Source of the DNA: a virus
Taxonomy: Duplodnaviria; Caudoviricetes
DNA: 61,659 bases
Virus record (IMG/VR): IMGVR_UViG_3300042391_000275
Coordinates: 1 to 61,659 of that record
Strand: one strand, 5' to 3'
Shown: in pieces, positions 1 to 11,745 of the stretch
Numbering within the stretch: the stretch's first letter is position 1
How the letters are laid out: each line of letters opens with the position of its first letter
The notes under the pieces: model-generated
Told to the model about the DNA's origin: nothing
Database searches by the model: none
What the model saw: only the letters and a program-made list of their open reading frames with translations
Made by a program: the position numbers and the translations under genes

Positions 1-127
1 ATTAATGTTAGGATGCTCTATAATCTTATGATCGAATTCTTCAGCAAAATCAACAAGTTCCAAGAATTCATTAGTTCCGTTTGGAGTAAGTTTATATTCA
101 ATTTTTGGCCTCATATTTATTAATTAA
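1..127. repeat. Terminal direct repeat, copy 1 (circular contig overlap)
   Basis: Bases 1-127 are identical to 61533-61659. The length equals a common assembler k-mer and the repeat falls inside a gene. Confidence 0.95.
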
Positions 128-374
128 ATCCAACCAGAATATCATCTGGATTGGCTATTGTTTGTGTATAGTTAGCAAATCTGTCAGCCTGTGCTTTTAG
201 GATATTGCTGCGGGTAGAATTACTACCACACACTGCACATGGCAAGCAATTATTTTGACCAGTTGTAAATGGAATTGACGAGTAGATTGGAACAATCGGA
301 TCGTCTCCAAAAGGCGATATAAACTTATTTGGAAAGTTAGTTACCTCTTTTGTTGCTGTAATAATCGATGGCAT
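120..374 (-). CDS. Small hypothetical tail-module protein (84 aa, CxxC motif)
   Basis: ATG at 374 directly follows the stop of 376..2514. MPSIITATKE...CLPCAVC. Confidence 0.6.
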   Translation of the reverse strand: MPSIITATKEVTNFPNKFISPFGDDPIVPIYSSIPFTTGQNNCLPCAVCGSNSTRSNILKAQADRFANYTQTIANPDDILVGFN

Positions 375-375
375 A

Positions 376-2514
376 TTAGCAGGGATTCTGGGCTTTAAAT
401 TGCTGTGCAGCGGCAGTTGCTGATTGAAGAGCAAGAACTCCAGCCTCCTCCTGCGCGTGTTCAAAGCTAATATAAGATAGATATGTAGCAGATGCCGTTG
501 CTGAAATTGATTTTGTTGGATCAGCATCACAGTTCAAAGTAACTGTTTTAAATATCTTCGCGCTATACGAATTATCATTTGGCGATTGTTGCTCGTATGG
601 ATTAGGCAACAGGTCGATTAACAATGTTTCACCAGTTTGTGCAACAACGCAAGATTGAGTCTCATCTCCCTGCGGAACACCTGTGGATTTCTCCTGCCAA
701 GGATCCATGAAGAGTCTAACAATCTCTACTCCAAATTCACCGCACCACTCAATTAGAAGCGAGAATGCCTTATCGACATCATCAGTCAAGTATGACTCGC
801 ACGTTGAAACAAGTGAATTGCGCTGCGCCGATTCAGTGGTCAATCTTCTATACTGCGAATTAAGAAAACCTAGATTCCGAACCTCCGATTCGTATGGTGT
901 ATTTTCCCATTGGTAGTCATCCGTGACCGCAAGAATGCGCTTTTGAAGGATTTGGTTATATGACCCCTTGCTGCCCCTGTAGGACACTTTTAAGTCAACT
1001 GTGCCACCAATCTGTGTCGATTCAATTTCAGCATACACAAACTTCTTAAGATCCATTTCGTCTCCAAGCAATGGAGTTTCAAACTGTGAATAAATCCGAT
1101 TGTAAAGTGTGGTCGTAGTTTTATCTGGATTAATCTGCAAGTATGAATCGACTCGTTCTGGTTGGAATGACTCCCAAAGATGATTGAATGATCCATCGTT
1201 TGTTGCTGCGTAATCAACGCTAAAATGAAAGCACCTAGATTGCCCGTCAATGACCCCTGTAGTCCATTCTACTGGACGTGTTCCTGTCCATACCCCTGCC
1301 CATGCAGGGAATCTGTTTTCTCCACTGCTCCATTCTGATGCCGTTGCATAATCTAGCACCATTGTGTCTGAATTTAATGTTTGAAGGTATGGAATAGAAT
1401 AAAGTAAATAGTTTTCAAATCCAGTAGCGCAAATCTTTGTTGGGTCTGCTGCCATGAGTCGTTTTGCCCTAGCCATTTCAACGTCTTTAAATAAAACTTG
1501 AGATGATAGATATGCCGTTGCTGCAATATCGCCAGTCATCAAACCACCTTGAGCGTACCACCACATCTGACCCGCTTGGAAAGCGATTGATTTTCCAGCC
1601 ACACACCCAACAGTTGGGTAAAGGGTGGATTGGAAGTTTTCTGTCGTGACCCACTGTTCTCGATCAAGAACTCCAGACTTCAACTGAAAGGTAGAACGAT
1701 CAGTAAATACAATAAGACGTGTTGATGTGTCTTGACCAACATAACTTGCCATTCCAGTAACAGGGCGAGAAAAACTAAAATCTCCACGGGATGTTCCTGT
1801 TGTGCGTTCTTTAAACGATGTTGGATCACCTAGATCGGATGCAAGTACGATATTCTTATCAGCAATCCACATTCTGTTTCCGCTATACGCCATCCAGTAT
1901 CCTACAGGAATTGTGGAGAGTTGTGTTCCACCCTTGTCTGCACCATCCCAAAATGATGGATATGAAATACCATCTTGAATCATCACAATCCGATGTGCAG
2001 GAGTAGCAAACTCGTCCGTTCCAGTCGATAGGTTTGCGGAGCGGGTAGCAAGCGCAAACACGAATTGATCAACGTCTGGTGACATCGATATGTTTTTAAG
2101 TCGATAATCCTCCCAGTTGCTTGGCTGAACCAGCGGGAATGGCGAGTAGTAGACGTTGCCATTCACGGCAAACACCATGTAGGACAACTCACTTGCAACA
2201 ACACCATTTCCATCAACGTCGAAGATTTTAGCTGGAGTAGTTGTAACCACGCCATCTCGATCTTGTGTGATGGCAGTTTCCTTTTGCTTATTTGCAGAAA
2301 ACAGAACACCACCTTGGAAGTTTCCAGCTGGAAGGGAGAGTTGCATCTTATGCCCCGGTCTTGTTTGCACGATTCCACCACGGACATTAACATTTACTCC
2401 CCACTTGCATTGGTTCTCAGGCAATGACCACGGGTTGCGAACGGAATTAACACCTTGCACCCATCCTGTTGATACCTTTTTAAGTCTGCCAGATGTAATG
2501 TTTTCGCTTTTCAT
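376..2514 (-). CDS. Putative tail tubular/nozzle protein (podovirus tubular B-like, beta-propeller-like)
   Basis: 712 aa, beta-rich. GWVQGVN N-terminus, YSGNRMW and SDLGDP motifs. Lies after the adaptor gene and before the internal virion genes. Confidence 0.6.
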   Translation of the reverse strand: MKSENITSGRLKKVSTGWVQGVNSVRNPWSLPENQCKWGVNVNVRGGIVQTRPGHKMQLSLPAGNFQGGVLFSANKQKETAITQDRDGVVTTTPAKIFDVDGNGVVASELSYMVFAVNGNVYYSPFPLVQPSNWEDYRLKNISMSPDVDQFVFALATRSANLSTGTDEFATPAHRIVMIQDGISYPSFWDGADKGGTQLSTIPVGYWMAYSGNRMWIADKNIVLASDLGDPTSFKERTTGTSRGDFSFSRPVTGMASYVGQDTSTRLIVFTDRSTFQLKSGVLDREQWVTTENFQSTLYPTVGCVAGKSIAFQAGQMWWYAQGGLMTGDIAATAYLSSQVLFKDVEMARAKRLMAADPTKICATGFENYLLYSIPYLQTLNSDTMVLDYATASEWSSGENRFPAWAGVWTGTRPVEWTTGVIDGQSRCFHFSVDYAATNDGSFNHLWESFQPERVDSYLQINPDKTTTTLYNRIYSQFETPLLGDEMDLKKFVYAEIESTQIGGTVDLKVSYRGSKGSYNQILQKRILAVTDDYQWENTPYESEVRNLGFLNSQYRRLTTESAQRNSLVSTCESYLTDDVDKAFSLLIEWCGEFGVEIVRLFMDPWQEKSTGVPQGDETQSCVVAQTGETLLIDLLPNPYEQQSPNDNSYSAKIFKTVTLNCDADPTKSISATASATYLSYISFEHAQEEAGVLALQSATAAAQQFKAQNPC

Positions 2515-2516
2515 TT

Positions 2517-5500
2517 CTAAAACATAACTGGATCAGTTCCATCACCATACGTCAAATCATTAATTTGTGGTGGAACAAAAGCATGACCATCTTGGTGTTC
2601 TTGTTGATTTTTTAGATATGCCAATGCAAAACCCCAATAACGTAGTGCTTGTTCTGCGAAATCCTTATCTTCCAAATCGCAAGCGTGAACGCCGCAAATG
2701 ATTGCGCGTGTATGCTCAATTGGGATGAAGTCGTACTTGCTAGTAATGACTGGAGGTTTTATCCTATAGGCAATTCTTGCCCATGCACATGGTTTGCCAA
2801 TGCGGATCCTGCGGTACTGCGGATTGACCTCTGTGGGGTGATATTGACCAATCAACGTCAAATCGTTGCTGCGTCCGTAGTCCATAGCGTACAAGGATAC
2901 AAATCCGTCTGTGATTGGCTTTTGAATGTTTGCAACACTTTTCACCAAGATTGGATCTTGAATTGCATCTACGAAAAACTTACTATCCGTTGATAGTCCG
3001 CTAGTCAAAAATGAAATCCTACCAGTTGTACTAGTTAGGTTCTGAGATTGTGACTTGGTAGTGTAAAGCTCAAACTCATCGTTGTCGATGCGACGAACGA
3101 AGTATGTGGTTCCTGCTACAAGACCAGATGGAAGTACATCTCCAGAATTGGCTCGTACAGTAACGGACTGACCTGTTGTGTAAAGCGAAGCGTCAGCAAC
3201 AATGCTTGTGGATGGTGATGCCGTAAAGGTGCGTTGGATATCAAGCGACAACTGACCAGTTCCGGGGGTTGTAATCGGAACTAGCACCCCTCCAGAATAT
3301 ACGTTAACACTATCACCAATCACCCTAACTTGGTAATCCGTTCCAGCAACCAAAGGAGAAGGAAGAACTCCGCTTGTTGAAAACTTCACAGTCTCATTTT
3401 CCTGCAAGAATTGCACGGACGAGGGTTGAATTAGGTTGTTGTATGGAAGTGGGGAGACAGAGAATCTCTTTGCAAAGTAAGACTGCCCAGTTCCAAATGA
3501 CACAACACTAATCAAACCAGTCGTTCCACCCGCAATTGCATTTGCCGAGGACGTATATGCTCTAGCAACTGACGTAGACGATACATTTAGGTATGCTGGA
3601 GTTGCGCCATTATCAATCGCGGGACTGGTTGTTGGCAACAAATAATCGGTTCCCCAATAAATTGTTTCTGGAGTTGTAAGGTTTGTAAAATCACCCAGCC
3701 ACTTGTTTGTAAATGCAACTCCAAAAACGCGAGAAAGAACAACATAGAATGTTCCAGTTGGAGAAGATGTAATGTTGATCTTGCTAAAATCAGCATTCTT
3801 GACAGTAAATGTGCCTGTAGATGGATTTAATGGTGTTTCTGCGCGATACGATGTTCCAGAAAGTAATGGGGATGGAAGTGTTCCAGTCGAAGAAAATTGA
3901 ACAAATACTCCTGTAGATGGAGTGATAGACACTGTTGGTGGACTTGTGTATCCAGTTCCACTAGTAACAACATTTAATGAAGTTACAACACCACCTGCAA
4001 TGTTTGCTGTTGCAGTCGCTCCAGATCCACCACCACCAGTTATTTCAACCTGCGGAGCATTTACATATCCAGAACCACCAGAGATTTGAGTGAACCCAAC
4101 AACAAATGATGTCTGAATGGTCGCATTTGCAACCGCTTGAGTGCCTGTTTTTAGTTTAACCTTTAATGTTCCAGTTGCAGGAGATGAAAATGCTTCTTTA
4201 GAACCAGTTGCAGGTGTAGATAACACAGATGAAACTGTGTATGTGAATGTTGTTCCAGATGCTGTTAATAGCGTTTTATTTCCATTGTATCCATCTGGGT
4301 CAGCGCCACTGATTGCAATAACCTGACCAGCAGCAAACCCATGTGCAGTAGATGTTGTTGCAGTTGCGGTGGTTGATGTGCGGGTTAAAGCAGTAACTGA
4401 AAATGTTTGTCCAATTTCTGTAACCAATTGAATGGTAAATGAAGTGGAACTTAAAACTGTTACAACAAAATCTCCGTTGTATGCAGCTTGATCTGCTCCA
4501 GATATTGTTACAGTGTCACCTGTTCTATAGCTATGCGTTCCAGACGTATTTACAGTAACAGTAATCCCATTTGTAACCATTGATGAAATGTTAATTAATG
4601 GAGAAATTGGAGGAGCGGAAATTGTTACAGAAGGTGCGGTTGTGTAGCCAAATCCGGGGTCATCAATCACAATCGATGACAACTGATATGTTATAGAATT
4701 GCGAATAGCATATCCAGTCGCAGTTCTAACGGAAATTGTGCTTCCAGATGGTGGTGCTGGAGGAGCGGAAAATGTCACTGTAGGATCGGCAGTGTACCCA
4801 GATCCTTGATCGGACAAGTTAACAGATGTAACACTTCCAACAACGATTGGAGTGAAGTTTGCTCCCGCTCCAGATGGTGACGCAATGGAAAGCCCCGGTG
4901 CGGTGATCTGACTTGCCTCTCCTGCCACAGCAGATGCTGGAATTAACTTAATGAGAGAAATCGTACCAACCCCAGCGGATGTTATCTTAATTGGATTTAC
5001 AAAATTCGTAGGAGAAGATGCAAGTGCGTCCGCTTGTGTCGTATGGATCGAAACAGCTTTTGTATCTACGATATTTACAAAGTAGTTTTGATTTGCCAGC
5101 AAGGGTTGTGGAAGCGTTCCACCAGAGGTGAATACTTGAACTTGGTCACCTTGAGTGAGCAAGTGATCGATGCTAAATGTCAACTTTGTCTCTGGCACGA
5201 TTTCCTTTCGGATATCGACGTTTACTGGGTTTGTAGACCCAGTCGTATGCACCTCGTTAACATTTGCCTGAGCGTCAGAGATAGAACTAAAAATCTGAAG
5301 GTGCGTTGCGTCCAGCAGATTTCCAAAATATGTAACCCCAGAACGAATTCCAATAGGCAAAGTTTGTGTGACCGAAACTGTTCCGCTTGTTATGTCTGTT
5401 GTAAATCCAACAACGGAACCACCAATAGACAAGCTAACTTGGAAGGTGTTTCCAGATTTATTAATAATATAATATTGGGTGGTTGTATTTAAACTAGATC

Positions 5501-6494
5501 CGCCAGACAAAGATGTAAATCTTATTGCTTGATTGTTTTGAAATTGATTATCAACAGAAGTAATTATATCATCAGATGCAGTTCCTGTAATCGATGCATT
5601 TAAAGTAGATGGGAATGTAAGCGGGTTTGCTGTTGTTATTTCTATAGTAGGAGCAGATGCGAATTGAAGAGCAGTGACAACGAATGAAGTCCTAGAGTCT
5701 AGGAATTTCAATGGCCCTGCTCCTACTATACTTTGGAGGGAAAGTGGATAATTACCTGCCTGTGCGTTGAGGGAATCGTTGTAGATTTGGATCGTTAGCG
5801 CATCCAAAACACCAATGTAGTACGTCTGACCATTGGAAAGCGGAACTGGGATAGTGCCAGAAATCGCAGTAATAGCCATTCCTTGCCCAGAATCAAGTGT
5901 GTGAGGGGTTGCGGACGCAAACTTGCTAATCGGGGCTATAGTGACCTCGCGGGTTCTAATAGTGGCATCGTCAGGAGCAATCGTTCCGTATGCAAAGTCA
6001 GATTGCGAATGGATTGGAATAAGCAACCCATCAACACCAGTTCCGTCCTTGAGTTGGCTACGAAGATCTCGGTTGTTGGAATCGGTTCCAGTAACGCGAA
6101 TGATCTTTCCAACGTCATTTTCGCTTTCGGCAATCGCTACCAACTGCGAGGGTTGGATGATCTGCATCAAGGTCGCTACATAACCTCGGTCATCCCATGC
6201 CCATTCTACAGTGTTGAATTTACCACCTTTATTAACATGATATTGGAATAGACGATTGCGGAAGTAGACTGGGGAACCATCTACATTAACCGCAAGGGGA
6301 ACGTCTATTCCACGGGGAAGAGCGATTGTGCAACCATCCCATCCTGTGCAAACGTCAACGTCCGCAGTGGATTGCATCCAATGTCCAGACTCCATAAGGG
6401 TCTGAACAGCTTGCGTGATTTTGCGGTAAACCCTTTTTTCGTCAGTAGTTCCTAAAATCTCCGCACATTCTTCAAAGATTTGATCAACAAACAT
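2517..6494 (-). CDS. Putative head-tail adaptor (tubular A-like) with large repeat-domain insertion
   Basis: Helical adaptor-like N-terminus ([15 protein letters not shown]) and C-terminus ([12 protein letters not shown]) flank repeated LPxPLxxGxxYxV domains and GSGYTxAPTV repeats. Confidence 0.55.
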   Translation of the reverse strand: MFVDQIFEECAEILGTTDEKRVYRKITQAVQTLMESGHWMQSTADVDVCTGWDGCTIALPRGIDVPLAVNVDGSPVYFRNRLFQYHVNKGGKFNTVEWAWDDRGYVATLMQIIQPSQLVAIAESENDVGKIIRVTGTDSNNRDLRSQLKDGTGVDGLLIPIHSQSDFAYGTIAPDDATIRTREVTIAPISKFASATPHTLDSGQGMAITAISGTIPVPLSNGQTYYIGVLDALTIQIYNDSLNAQAGNYPLSLQSIVGAGPLKFLDSRTSFVVTALQFASAPTIEITTANPLTFPSTLNASITGTASDDIITSVDNQFQNNQAIRFTSLSGGSSLNTTTQYYIINKSGNTFQVSLSIGGSVVGFTTDITSGTVSVTQTLPIGIRSGVTYFGNLLDATHLQIFSSISDAQANVNEVHTTGSTNPVNVDIRKEIVPETKLTFSIDHLLTQGDQVQVFTSGGTLPQPLLANQNYFVNIVDTKAVSIHTTQADALASSPTNFVNPIKITSAGVGTISLIKLIPASAVAGEASQITAPGLSIASPSGAGANFTPIVVGSVTSVNLSDQGSGYTADPTVTFSAPPAPPSGSTISVRTATGYAIRNSITYQLSSIVIDDPGFGYTTAPSVTISAPPISPLINISSMVTNGITVTVNTSGTHSYRTGDTVTISGADQAAYNGDFVVTVLSSTSFTIQLVTEIGQTFSVTALTRTSTTATATTSTAHGFAAGQVIAISGADPDGYNGNKTLLTASGTTFTYTVSSVLSTPATGSKEAFSSPATGTLKVKLKTGTQAVANATIQTSFVVGFTQISGGSGYVNAPQVEITGGGGSGATATANIAGGVVTSLNVVTSGTGYTSPPTVSITPSTGVFVQFSSTGTLPSPLLSGTSYRAETPLNPSTGTFTVKNADFSKINITSSPTGTFYVVLSRVFGVAFTNKWLGDFTNLTTPETIYWGTDYLLPTTSPAIDNGATPAYLNVSSTSVARAYTSSANAIAGGTTGLISVVSFGTGQSYFAKRFSVSPLPYNNLIQPSSVQFLQENETVKFSTSGVLPSPLVAGTDYQVRVIGDSVNVYSGGVLVPITTPGTGQLSLDIQRTFTASPSTSIVADASLYTTGQSVTVRANSGDVLPSGLVAGTTYFVRRIDNDEFELYTTKSQSQNLTSTTGRISFLTSGLSTDSKFFVDAIQDPILVKSVANIQKPITDGFVSLYAMDYGRSNDLTLIGQYHPTEVNPQYRRIRIGKPCAWARIAYRIKPPVITSKYDFIPIEHTRAIICGVHACDLEDKDFAEQALRYWGFALAYLKNQQEHQDGHAFVPPQINDLTYGDGTDPVMF

Positions 6495-6503
6495 GACGAT
6501 AAA

Positions 6504-6821
6504 TTAGCGCATGGAACCTTCAGATGCAATAGAATTCAGAAAATCTTCTTCACTAGCCATTGCCGCATTTTCCTCAGCAGGAACATTACCTGCAAGCGAT
6601 TCAGTCATGGCTTTTTGTCCTTCCACGTCAGCGGCAAGAGCATCAATCACACCAGCAAGTTGCATTGCAATGCTATGCAATTCGTCAAATTTAGACTTGG
6701 CTACAGAAATAGTGACTGCACCTTCTTCTGCAATTGGCGAAGGAATTCCGCTCATGTCTTCAGGAAGATCCATTCCCATTTCGGGTTCGGGCATTGCTGC
6801 CTCTGTTGGTTGTTTTGCCAT
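6504..6821 (-). CDS. Hypothetical acidic protein
   Basis: 105-aa ORF tightly packed in the operon. Confidence 0.6.
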   Translation of the reverse strand: MAKQPTEAAMPEPEMGMDLPEDMSGIPSPIAEEGAVTISVAKSKFDELHSIAMQLAGVIDALAADVEGQKAMTESLAGNVPAEENAAMASEEDFLNSIASEGSMR

Positions 6822-6824
6822 AAA

Positions 6825-7244
6825 TTAATCTTCCTCTTCTTCACCGCCGATTTCAATCTCGATTTTAGTTGTTGGTTTCTTTTCGGATTCTGCCTCCTCT
6901 AGACCCGAATCGATAGCTTCCTCGTCATCCATCTCATCTTCCATTTCCATTTCGGAGGATCCATTGGATTTAATGCCGCAGATGCAAAGCTCAACGCAAT
7001 GACGCTTTTCAGTTTTTCCATCACGCATTGTAGTCTCATCCTTCTCCATAGTCTTTTTGAAGTATATGGTAGCAGTCCCCTCTTTAGAAAGGTTTTTAAG
7101 ACCATCTGCATTCTCAAAATAAAGTGATGGGTAGTGGTATTCGCTTTTAGGCATTGCCATTTCTGGCATTGACATTTGCTTTATTTCCTCACCTAAATCC
7201 GTGAATCCAGAGGGAAGATCGTATTTTTCTTTTGTGTATGGCAT
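6825..7244 (-). CDS. Hypothetical acidic protein
   Basis: 139-aa ORF, Glu-rich C-terminus, tightly packed. Confidence 0.6.
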   Translation of the reverse strand: MPYTKEKYDLPSGFTDLGEEIKQMSMPEMAMPKSEYHYPSLYFENADGLKNLSKEGTATIYFKKTMEKDETTMRDGKTEKRHCVELCICGIKSNGSSEMEMEDEMDDEEAIDSGLEEAESEKKPTTKIEIEIGGEEEED

Positions 7245-7246
7245 AA

Positions 7247-8158
7247 TTAACGAACCCTAGTTGCTTCTATTATTCCCCACGCTTTTAGTGTGTTGGTGAA
7301 ATTTCCTATTGCAATAAGATAAAAAGTTTTTGCAGCGGAGATAGAAATTCTAATAGGTTTAACCAGCAGAGACGTGTCATATCCAGCGTTTGGGAAAGTA
7401 ATAGCAGTTGGATAAAATGTATGTTTTGTAAATGTATTTTCTCCACCAATCACGTTAGAAACATCATTAATTCCTTGTTGCAAGGAGAACGCATTAGTGG
7501 CAGGACTAGCAAGTCCAGTATAATTAACTAAACCACTTACAAGCCAATCGCCCGGTTGTAGTGTTATGGATGTTACATCTTTCGCAGTATTATTTACAAG
7601 TGTTACTGCAACAGTTTTAGATATGGATACAAAATTATATTCACCTACATAACCAATCGCCGCACTTGATCCATCTGTAACTCCTGCAATTACATTGGAT
7701 GTGATTTGACCAGTTGACGTTCCACTAAACGATGGAGAAACAATAGATGAAGCTGTTATTGTTCCTCCAGTTATTGTGGGAGTTGTAAGCGTTGAATTTA
7801 CAGCAGTTACAGCAGATCCTGTTAGTGTGCCACCAGTTATCGAAGGATTTGAAAATGAACCACCAGTTATCGAAGGATTTGAAGATGAACCACCAATTAT
7901 CGAGGGATTAGAAATATTTACATTTGGAGCAATTGTTGCTGTTATAATTGCGTCATTAAGTCCATTATACAATACTGTGCTTCCAATTATATCGCCAGTA
8001 ATTCCAACTCCTTTTGTTGTTGCTAGGCTAGTAGAAGATCCTGTAATAGACCCAACAACAAGTCCAGAGAAGGTTTTCTGACCTGTAATTGTTTGAGTTG
8101 TGTCTGTTGTACAGATATTTGTAGAAATTACATTTTGTGATGCTTTTGTTAATGGCAT
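7247..8158 (-). CDS. Fibre-like virion protein
   Basis: QTITGQKTFS motif, NPSITGG repeats, GVTDGSSAAIGYVGE domain typical of phage fibre proteins. Confidence 0.65.
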   Translation of the reverse strand: MPLTKASQNVISTNICTTDTTQTITGQKTFSGLVVGSITGSSTSLATTKGVGITGDIIGSTVLYNGLNDAIITATIAPNVNISNPSIIGGSSSNPSITGGSFSNPSITGGTLTGSAVTAVNSTLTTPTITGGTITASSIVSPSFSGTSTGQITSNVIAGVTDGSSAAIGYVGEYNFVSISKTVAVTLVNNTAKDVTSITLQPGDWLVSGLVNYTGLASPATNAFSLQQGINDVSNVIGGENTFTKHTFYPTAITFPNAGYDTSLLVKPIRISISAAKTFYLIAIGNFTNTLKAWGIIEATRVR

Positions 8159-8164
8159 AATATT

Positions 8165-10276
8165 TTATAAATTATTTAATTTTAATTCAAGTTCTTTTAC
8201 TTTCAATGTAAGCTCTTGAATTGATTTTATTAATGGAGCAATAAATTCATCGTAACCAATAGACAAAACATCTTCTCCACCATCAATTGAAATGTCCTTG
8301 TATCCTCCAAAATCAATGTTTTTGTTATTTAAAACATGTTTTACTTCTTGTGCTATTAACCCGTGATGAAATCTTTTGCGTTTTTTACTTCCATCTTTTT
8401 TAACAGTAGAAATAGTATCGCTAGATTCTTTATTAAGATAATCTTCCCGATAGTCCCACTTGAAATCAACGGGACGAAGCGAATTAATAAAATCCAATCC
8501 TAAAATTGTATCTCTTATTTCTTCTTTATCTCTAGCGTCAGATCGATTTACTACAGAACCATAAGCATATGTTGTAGTTGACGAATTTCCTAATTGCACT
8601 TGATTGTTACCCGTTATTTGTGCAGAATTGCCTAATCCAGTACAATTAACACTACTTGTTAAAGTAGATAGGGCAGATTGACCAATTGCTGTATTGTTTC
8701 CACCAATATTTGCCGATTGCAATGCCAAATATCCAACTGCTGTATTTCCCGTAGCAGTGGATGCCGCAAGAGTTGAGTGACCTATTGCGGTGTTGGTTCC
8801 TGTGGTAGAAATCGCTAAAGCATTACTTCCAATTGCAATACTAGTGGATGCATTTGATCCAAATTTTAAAGCACTAGTTCCGATAGCAATATTATTATTT
8901 CCCAAACAACTTGGCAAAGCATCTACACCAACTTTTATATTATTTGTTCCAACCCCAGAACTTGTTCCAATCGGAATACTAGAAACTGTAATATTATTTG
9001 TAAAAGTATTTGAACCAGCAAATGTTTGCGTGTTTGCAAGGTATGCTACTCCACTTGGAATTACAGTTGGTGCAATTGCAATGATTGCATCCTTAACCAA
9101 CTTGGGTGACATCATTCGGTTTAAAACAACTGTTCCAGCATTCATTTCTGAAGTGTTTGAACTAATCATGTTGTCTAGGTTTCCCAATCCAACATCAGTA
9201 GAATTTACAACTACAGCACCTGTTCTTGAGTTTACGGAAGTAACTGGCGCAGTTGGATATGACAATTCAAGCCAATTTAAAATAGATGACGAGGGTTGTG
9301 CTGTTATAATCCACGTTGTTCCCGTATCTGCGCGAGTACACCAATCGCCATCTTGTCCCGATAATGCCAGCATCGCAAGTTGATCTGGCACTTGGCCTAA
9401 AAAGGAGCTGATTGCAAGCGGGGGGATTTGAGATACTAAAACTTTTCCTGCACCATCTAGCGTTGCAACACCATTTGGTGCTGCCTTTTGAGATAGTGGA
9501 ATATACAATCCAGTTGGAGCAGGTGATCCAGTCGATCCCGCCAAACCAGTCGCGCCAATCGGCCCCTGCAACCCCGTGGCCCCAGTACTTCCGTCAACTC
9601 CGGCAATGCCCGTTGCCCCTGTGCTTCCACTTGGCCCAGTCGATCCATTCAATCCGTTTATTCCAATTCCCGTGCTACCTGTGGCCCCTGCAACACCCGT
9701 GCTGCCCGTAGCCCCAGTTGGGCCTCCGCTTGGCCCCGTAGCCCCTAGAGGCCCAGTTGCGCCCGTGGCTCCGCAGGTTGCAGCAAGCTCAATAACTGTT
9801 AAATAAGAATCCAGAGGGAGAGGTGAGCTAAGTGTGAGAATTCTTGGTGTTGTTAATGAAATCGAATAATTTATTGGATCTTGAATAACACCATCAATAT
9901 ACGCCAAAAAAGCATTTTTGTCAGTTTGTCCCGCTCCAGTCAATGGGAAATTAGTTTGCCCTGCTGCGTTATAAGGGAAGCCCCAACGCAAAAATTGACC
10001 AAAACAATCTATATTATTTGAAAACAACCTCAATAGATAACACAAAAGCCCTTCGCCTTCTTCACGGGGAATATCATCAACTTCTGACGTGTTATTTGGA
10101 TCACATGGGATATTCCAAACAACCCTCCCATTGCAAACAGTTTTATTGATTGTCCCATATAAAGCATAAACTAAATTCTCAATAAGAGACGGAACTGATT
10201 CAGCCGAAATTTGTGGATACGGAATGTCTGAACAGCACGGACTAGGATTGCATGAGCTTGTATTATTGCAGGACAT
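8165..10276 (-). CDS. Tail fibre with collagen-like repeats and C-terminal intramolecular chaperone (peptidase S74)
   Basis: GATG/GSTG repeats, NTAIG beta-helix repeats, and SDARDKEEI...LRPVDFKW...GLIAQEV plus terminal coiled coil (S74 signature). Confidence 0.85.
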   Translation of the reverse strand: MSCNNTSSCNPSPCCSDIPYPQISAESVPSLIENLVYALYGTINKTVCNGRVVWNIPCDPNNTSEVDDIPREEGEGLLCYLLRLFSNNIDCFGQFLRWGFPYNAAGQTNFPLTGAGQTDKNAFLAYIDGVIQDPINYSISLTTPRILTLSSPLPLDSYLTVIELAATCGATGATGPLGATGPSGGPTGATGSTGVAGATGSTGIGINGLNGSTGPSGSTGATGIAGVDGSTGATGLQGPIGATGLAGSTGSPAPTGLYIPLSQKAAPNGVATLDGAGKVLVSQIPPLAISSFLGQVPDQLAMLALSGQDGDWCTRADTGTTWIITAQPSSSILNWLELSYPTAPVTSVNSRTGAVVVNSTDVGLGNLDNMISSNTSEMNAGTVVLNRMMSPKLVKDAIIAIAPTVIPSGVAYLANTQTFAGSNTFTNNITVSSIPIGTSSGVGTNNIKVGVDALPSCLGNNNIAIGTSALKFGSNASTSIAIGSNALAISTTGTNTAIGHSTLAASTATGNTAVGYLALQSANIGGNNTAIGQSALSTLTSSVNCTGLGNSAQITGNNQVQLGNSSTTTYAYGSVVNRSDARDKEEIRDTILGLDFINSLRPVDFKWDYREDYLNKESSDTISTVKKDGSKKRKRFHHGLIAQEVKHVLNNKNIDFGGYKDISIDGGEDVLSIGYDEFIAPLIKSIQELTLKVKELELKLNNL

Positions 10277-10282
10277 AATGTT

Positions 10283-10310
10283 AGATTAAGTATTTGATTT
10301 GTTTTGTCAA
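10283..10310 (-). promoter_or_regulatory. Sigma70-like promoter, possibly giving a leaderless transcript
   Basis: TTGACA-16nt-TAATCT ending 6 nt before the ATG at 10276. Confidence 0.4.
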
Positions 10311-10317
10311 TTTATTT

Positions 10318-11742
10318 TTAATAATTAGGAAAGGCTGTTGTTGGTATAGGAAAATTTGCAGAATATCTAGCCACTCCTAATGTGACTCTAATATCATCCA
10401 TATACCCAACTAAATTTGGGGTTGTTGCAGAATTAATTGACCCAATTCCCAATTGATTTGGTTCAGTAAATGCTATTGATCCAGAATATGTTGCTGCTGC
10501 TCTATTAACCCCATTGATATACGTTGTAAATGTATTTCCAGATCTAACAACAGAAATAAATGTCCATGTGTTTAATGGAACTGTGTTTGATGTTGTTGAT
10601 ATAGTAGATCCAGATCCAGTTGCAACTAAAATATTACCTAATGCTCCACATGATATTTTTATTTGACTAGAGGGATCACCTCCACCAAACAACCAAGATC
10701 CAACTGTTCCATAGTCCAAAATATAAACCCAGAATTCAATAGTGAAATCAGATGATCCAAAATTAAAGTTATTTACAGATGGAGTAGACGCTTGTCCTGC
10801 ATTGGGAATAGTTGAGCTTGTTGTTGTTCTAAATGATGCACCACCAAATCTAAACTGAGAAGTATCTCTTCTAGCAAGTCCTGTTAATAAAATATTATTC
10901 TTTTTTGTTTGGTCAAAAATTGCTGCATTTGTAAAATTACACAGCAATGGTACATTGGATGCTGTTCCTGTTGGTAGCGAGGATGGGGACGCTCCTCCAT
11001 TTGCAGTTAATGTTACTGGAGATGTAGGTCTTGTAAAATTGCTTGCATAAACTTGCGTTTGAGTAATCCGCAAATTACTTAAATATGCTTGCAATTTATT
11101 AGTTCCTGCATTATTTAATCCCATTCTAACAACTGTTCCTGTAAATGAAGTTGAACCAGTAAATGTTGACTCTGCTGTGCCGTTTATAAATAGTTTATTA
11201 GAACCAGTGGTTCCACTTACAGCAACATGATACCAAGTGTTTGGGGAAATTGTTGTTGTGCCAACTAAATCATATCCGGGGCCAGATAAGCTAGCTTTTA
11301 TTACTCCCCCATCAAGAACAACCGACCATCCACTGGTGGTTGTAGCATTTGTTACTATTGTTTGGGTTCCAGATAGGCTTTTAAAATAAACCCAAAATTC
11401 AATCGAAAATGTTCCATTTAAAAAATGAAATCTGCTGTTGGTTGTATTCATATTTACAGCACTTGGTGTTGATGAACTCCATCCAAAATAGTTGCTGCCT
11501 CCATGAATTGTTGGATTATATTCTCCTGATAATGGGAATGGTGAAAAAGAACCTTGTATGCCATAATTAGCCCCAGTTGGTGAAGTGAGTGTAAATCCAT
11601 TTGCACTACTATCTAAATATAAGACATTATTTGCATTAACTAATCCATCTGCATGAATTAATAAAGAAACATTATTCCAATATGGATCTATAGCACTCTT
11701 ATTGCCTCTAGCATACAGTAATTTTCTAGCATGAAAAGACAT
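10318..11742 (-). CDS. LamG/concanavalin A-like lectin domain protein (two domains), putative receptor-binding
   Basis: Two copies of FTIEFWVY...NTWxH/FxxV...LxING...YxxxxRxT. Confidence 0.85.
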   Translation of the reverse strand: MSFHARKLLYARGNKSAIDPYWNNVSLLIHADGLVNANNVLYLDSSANGFTLTSPTGANYGIQGSFSPFPLSGEYNPTIHGGSNYFGWSSSTPSAVNMNTTNSRFHFLNGTFSIEFWVYFKSLSGTQTIVTNATTTSGWSVVLDGGVIKASLSGPGYDLVGTTTISPNTWYHVAVSGTTGSNKLFINGTAESTFTGSTSFTGTVVRMGLNNAGTNKLQAYLSNLRITQTQVYASNFTRPTSPVTLTANGGASPSSLPTGTASNVPLLCNFTNAAIFDQTKKNNILLTGLARRDTSQFRFGGASFRTTTSSTIPNAGQASTPSVNNFNFGSSDFTIEFWVYILDYGTVGSWLFGGGDPSSQIKISCGALGNILVATGSGSTISTTSNTVPLNTWTFISVVRSGNTFTTYINGVNRAAATYSGSIAFTEPNQLGIGSINSATTPNLVGYMDDIRVTLGVARYSANFPIPTTAFPNY

Positions 11743-11745
11743 GAT

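Noticed and set aside
1-127. Biological direct terminal repeat
   Set aside because: It is exactly 127 bp (a typical assembler k-mer) and cuts through a coding gene, so it is better explained as circular overlap.
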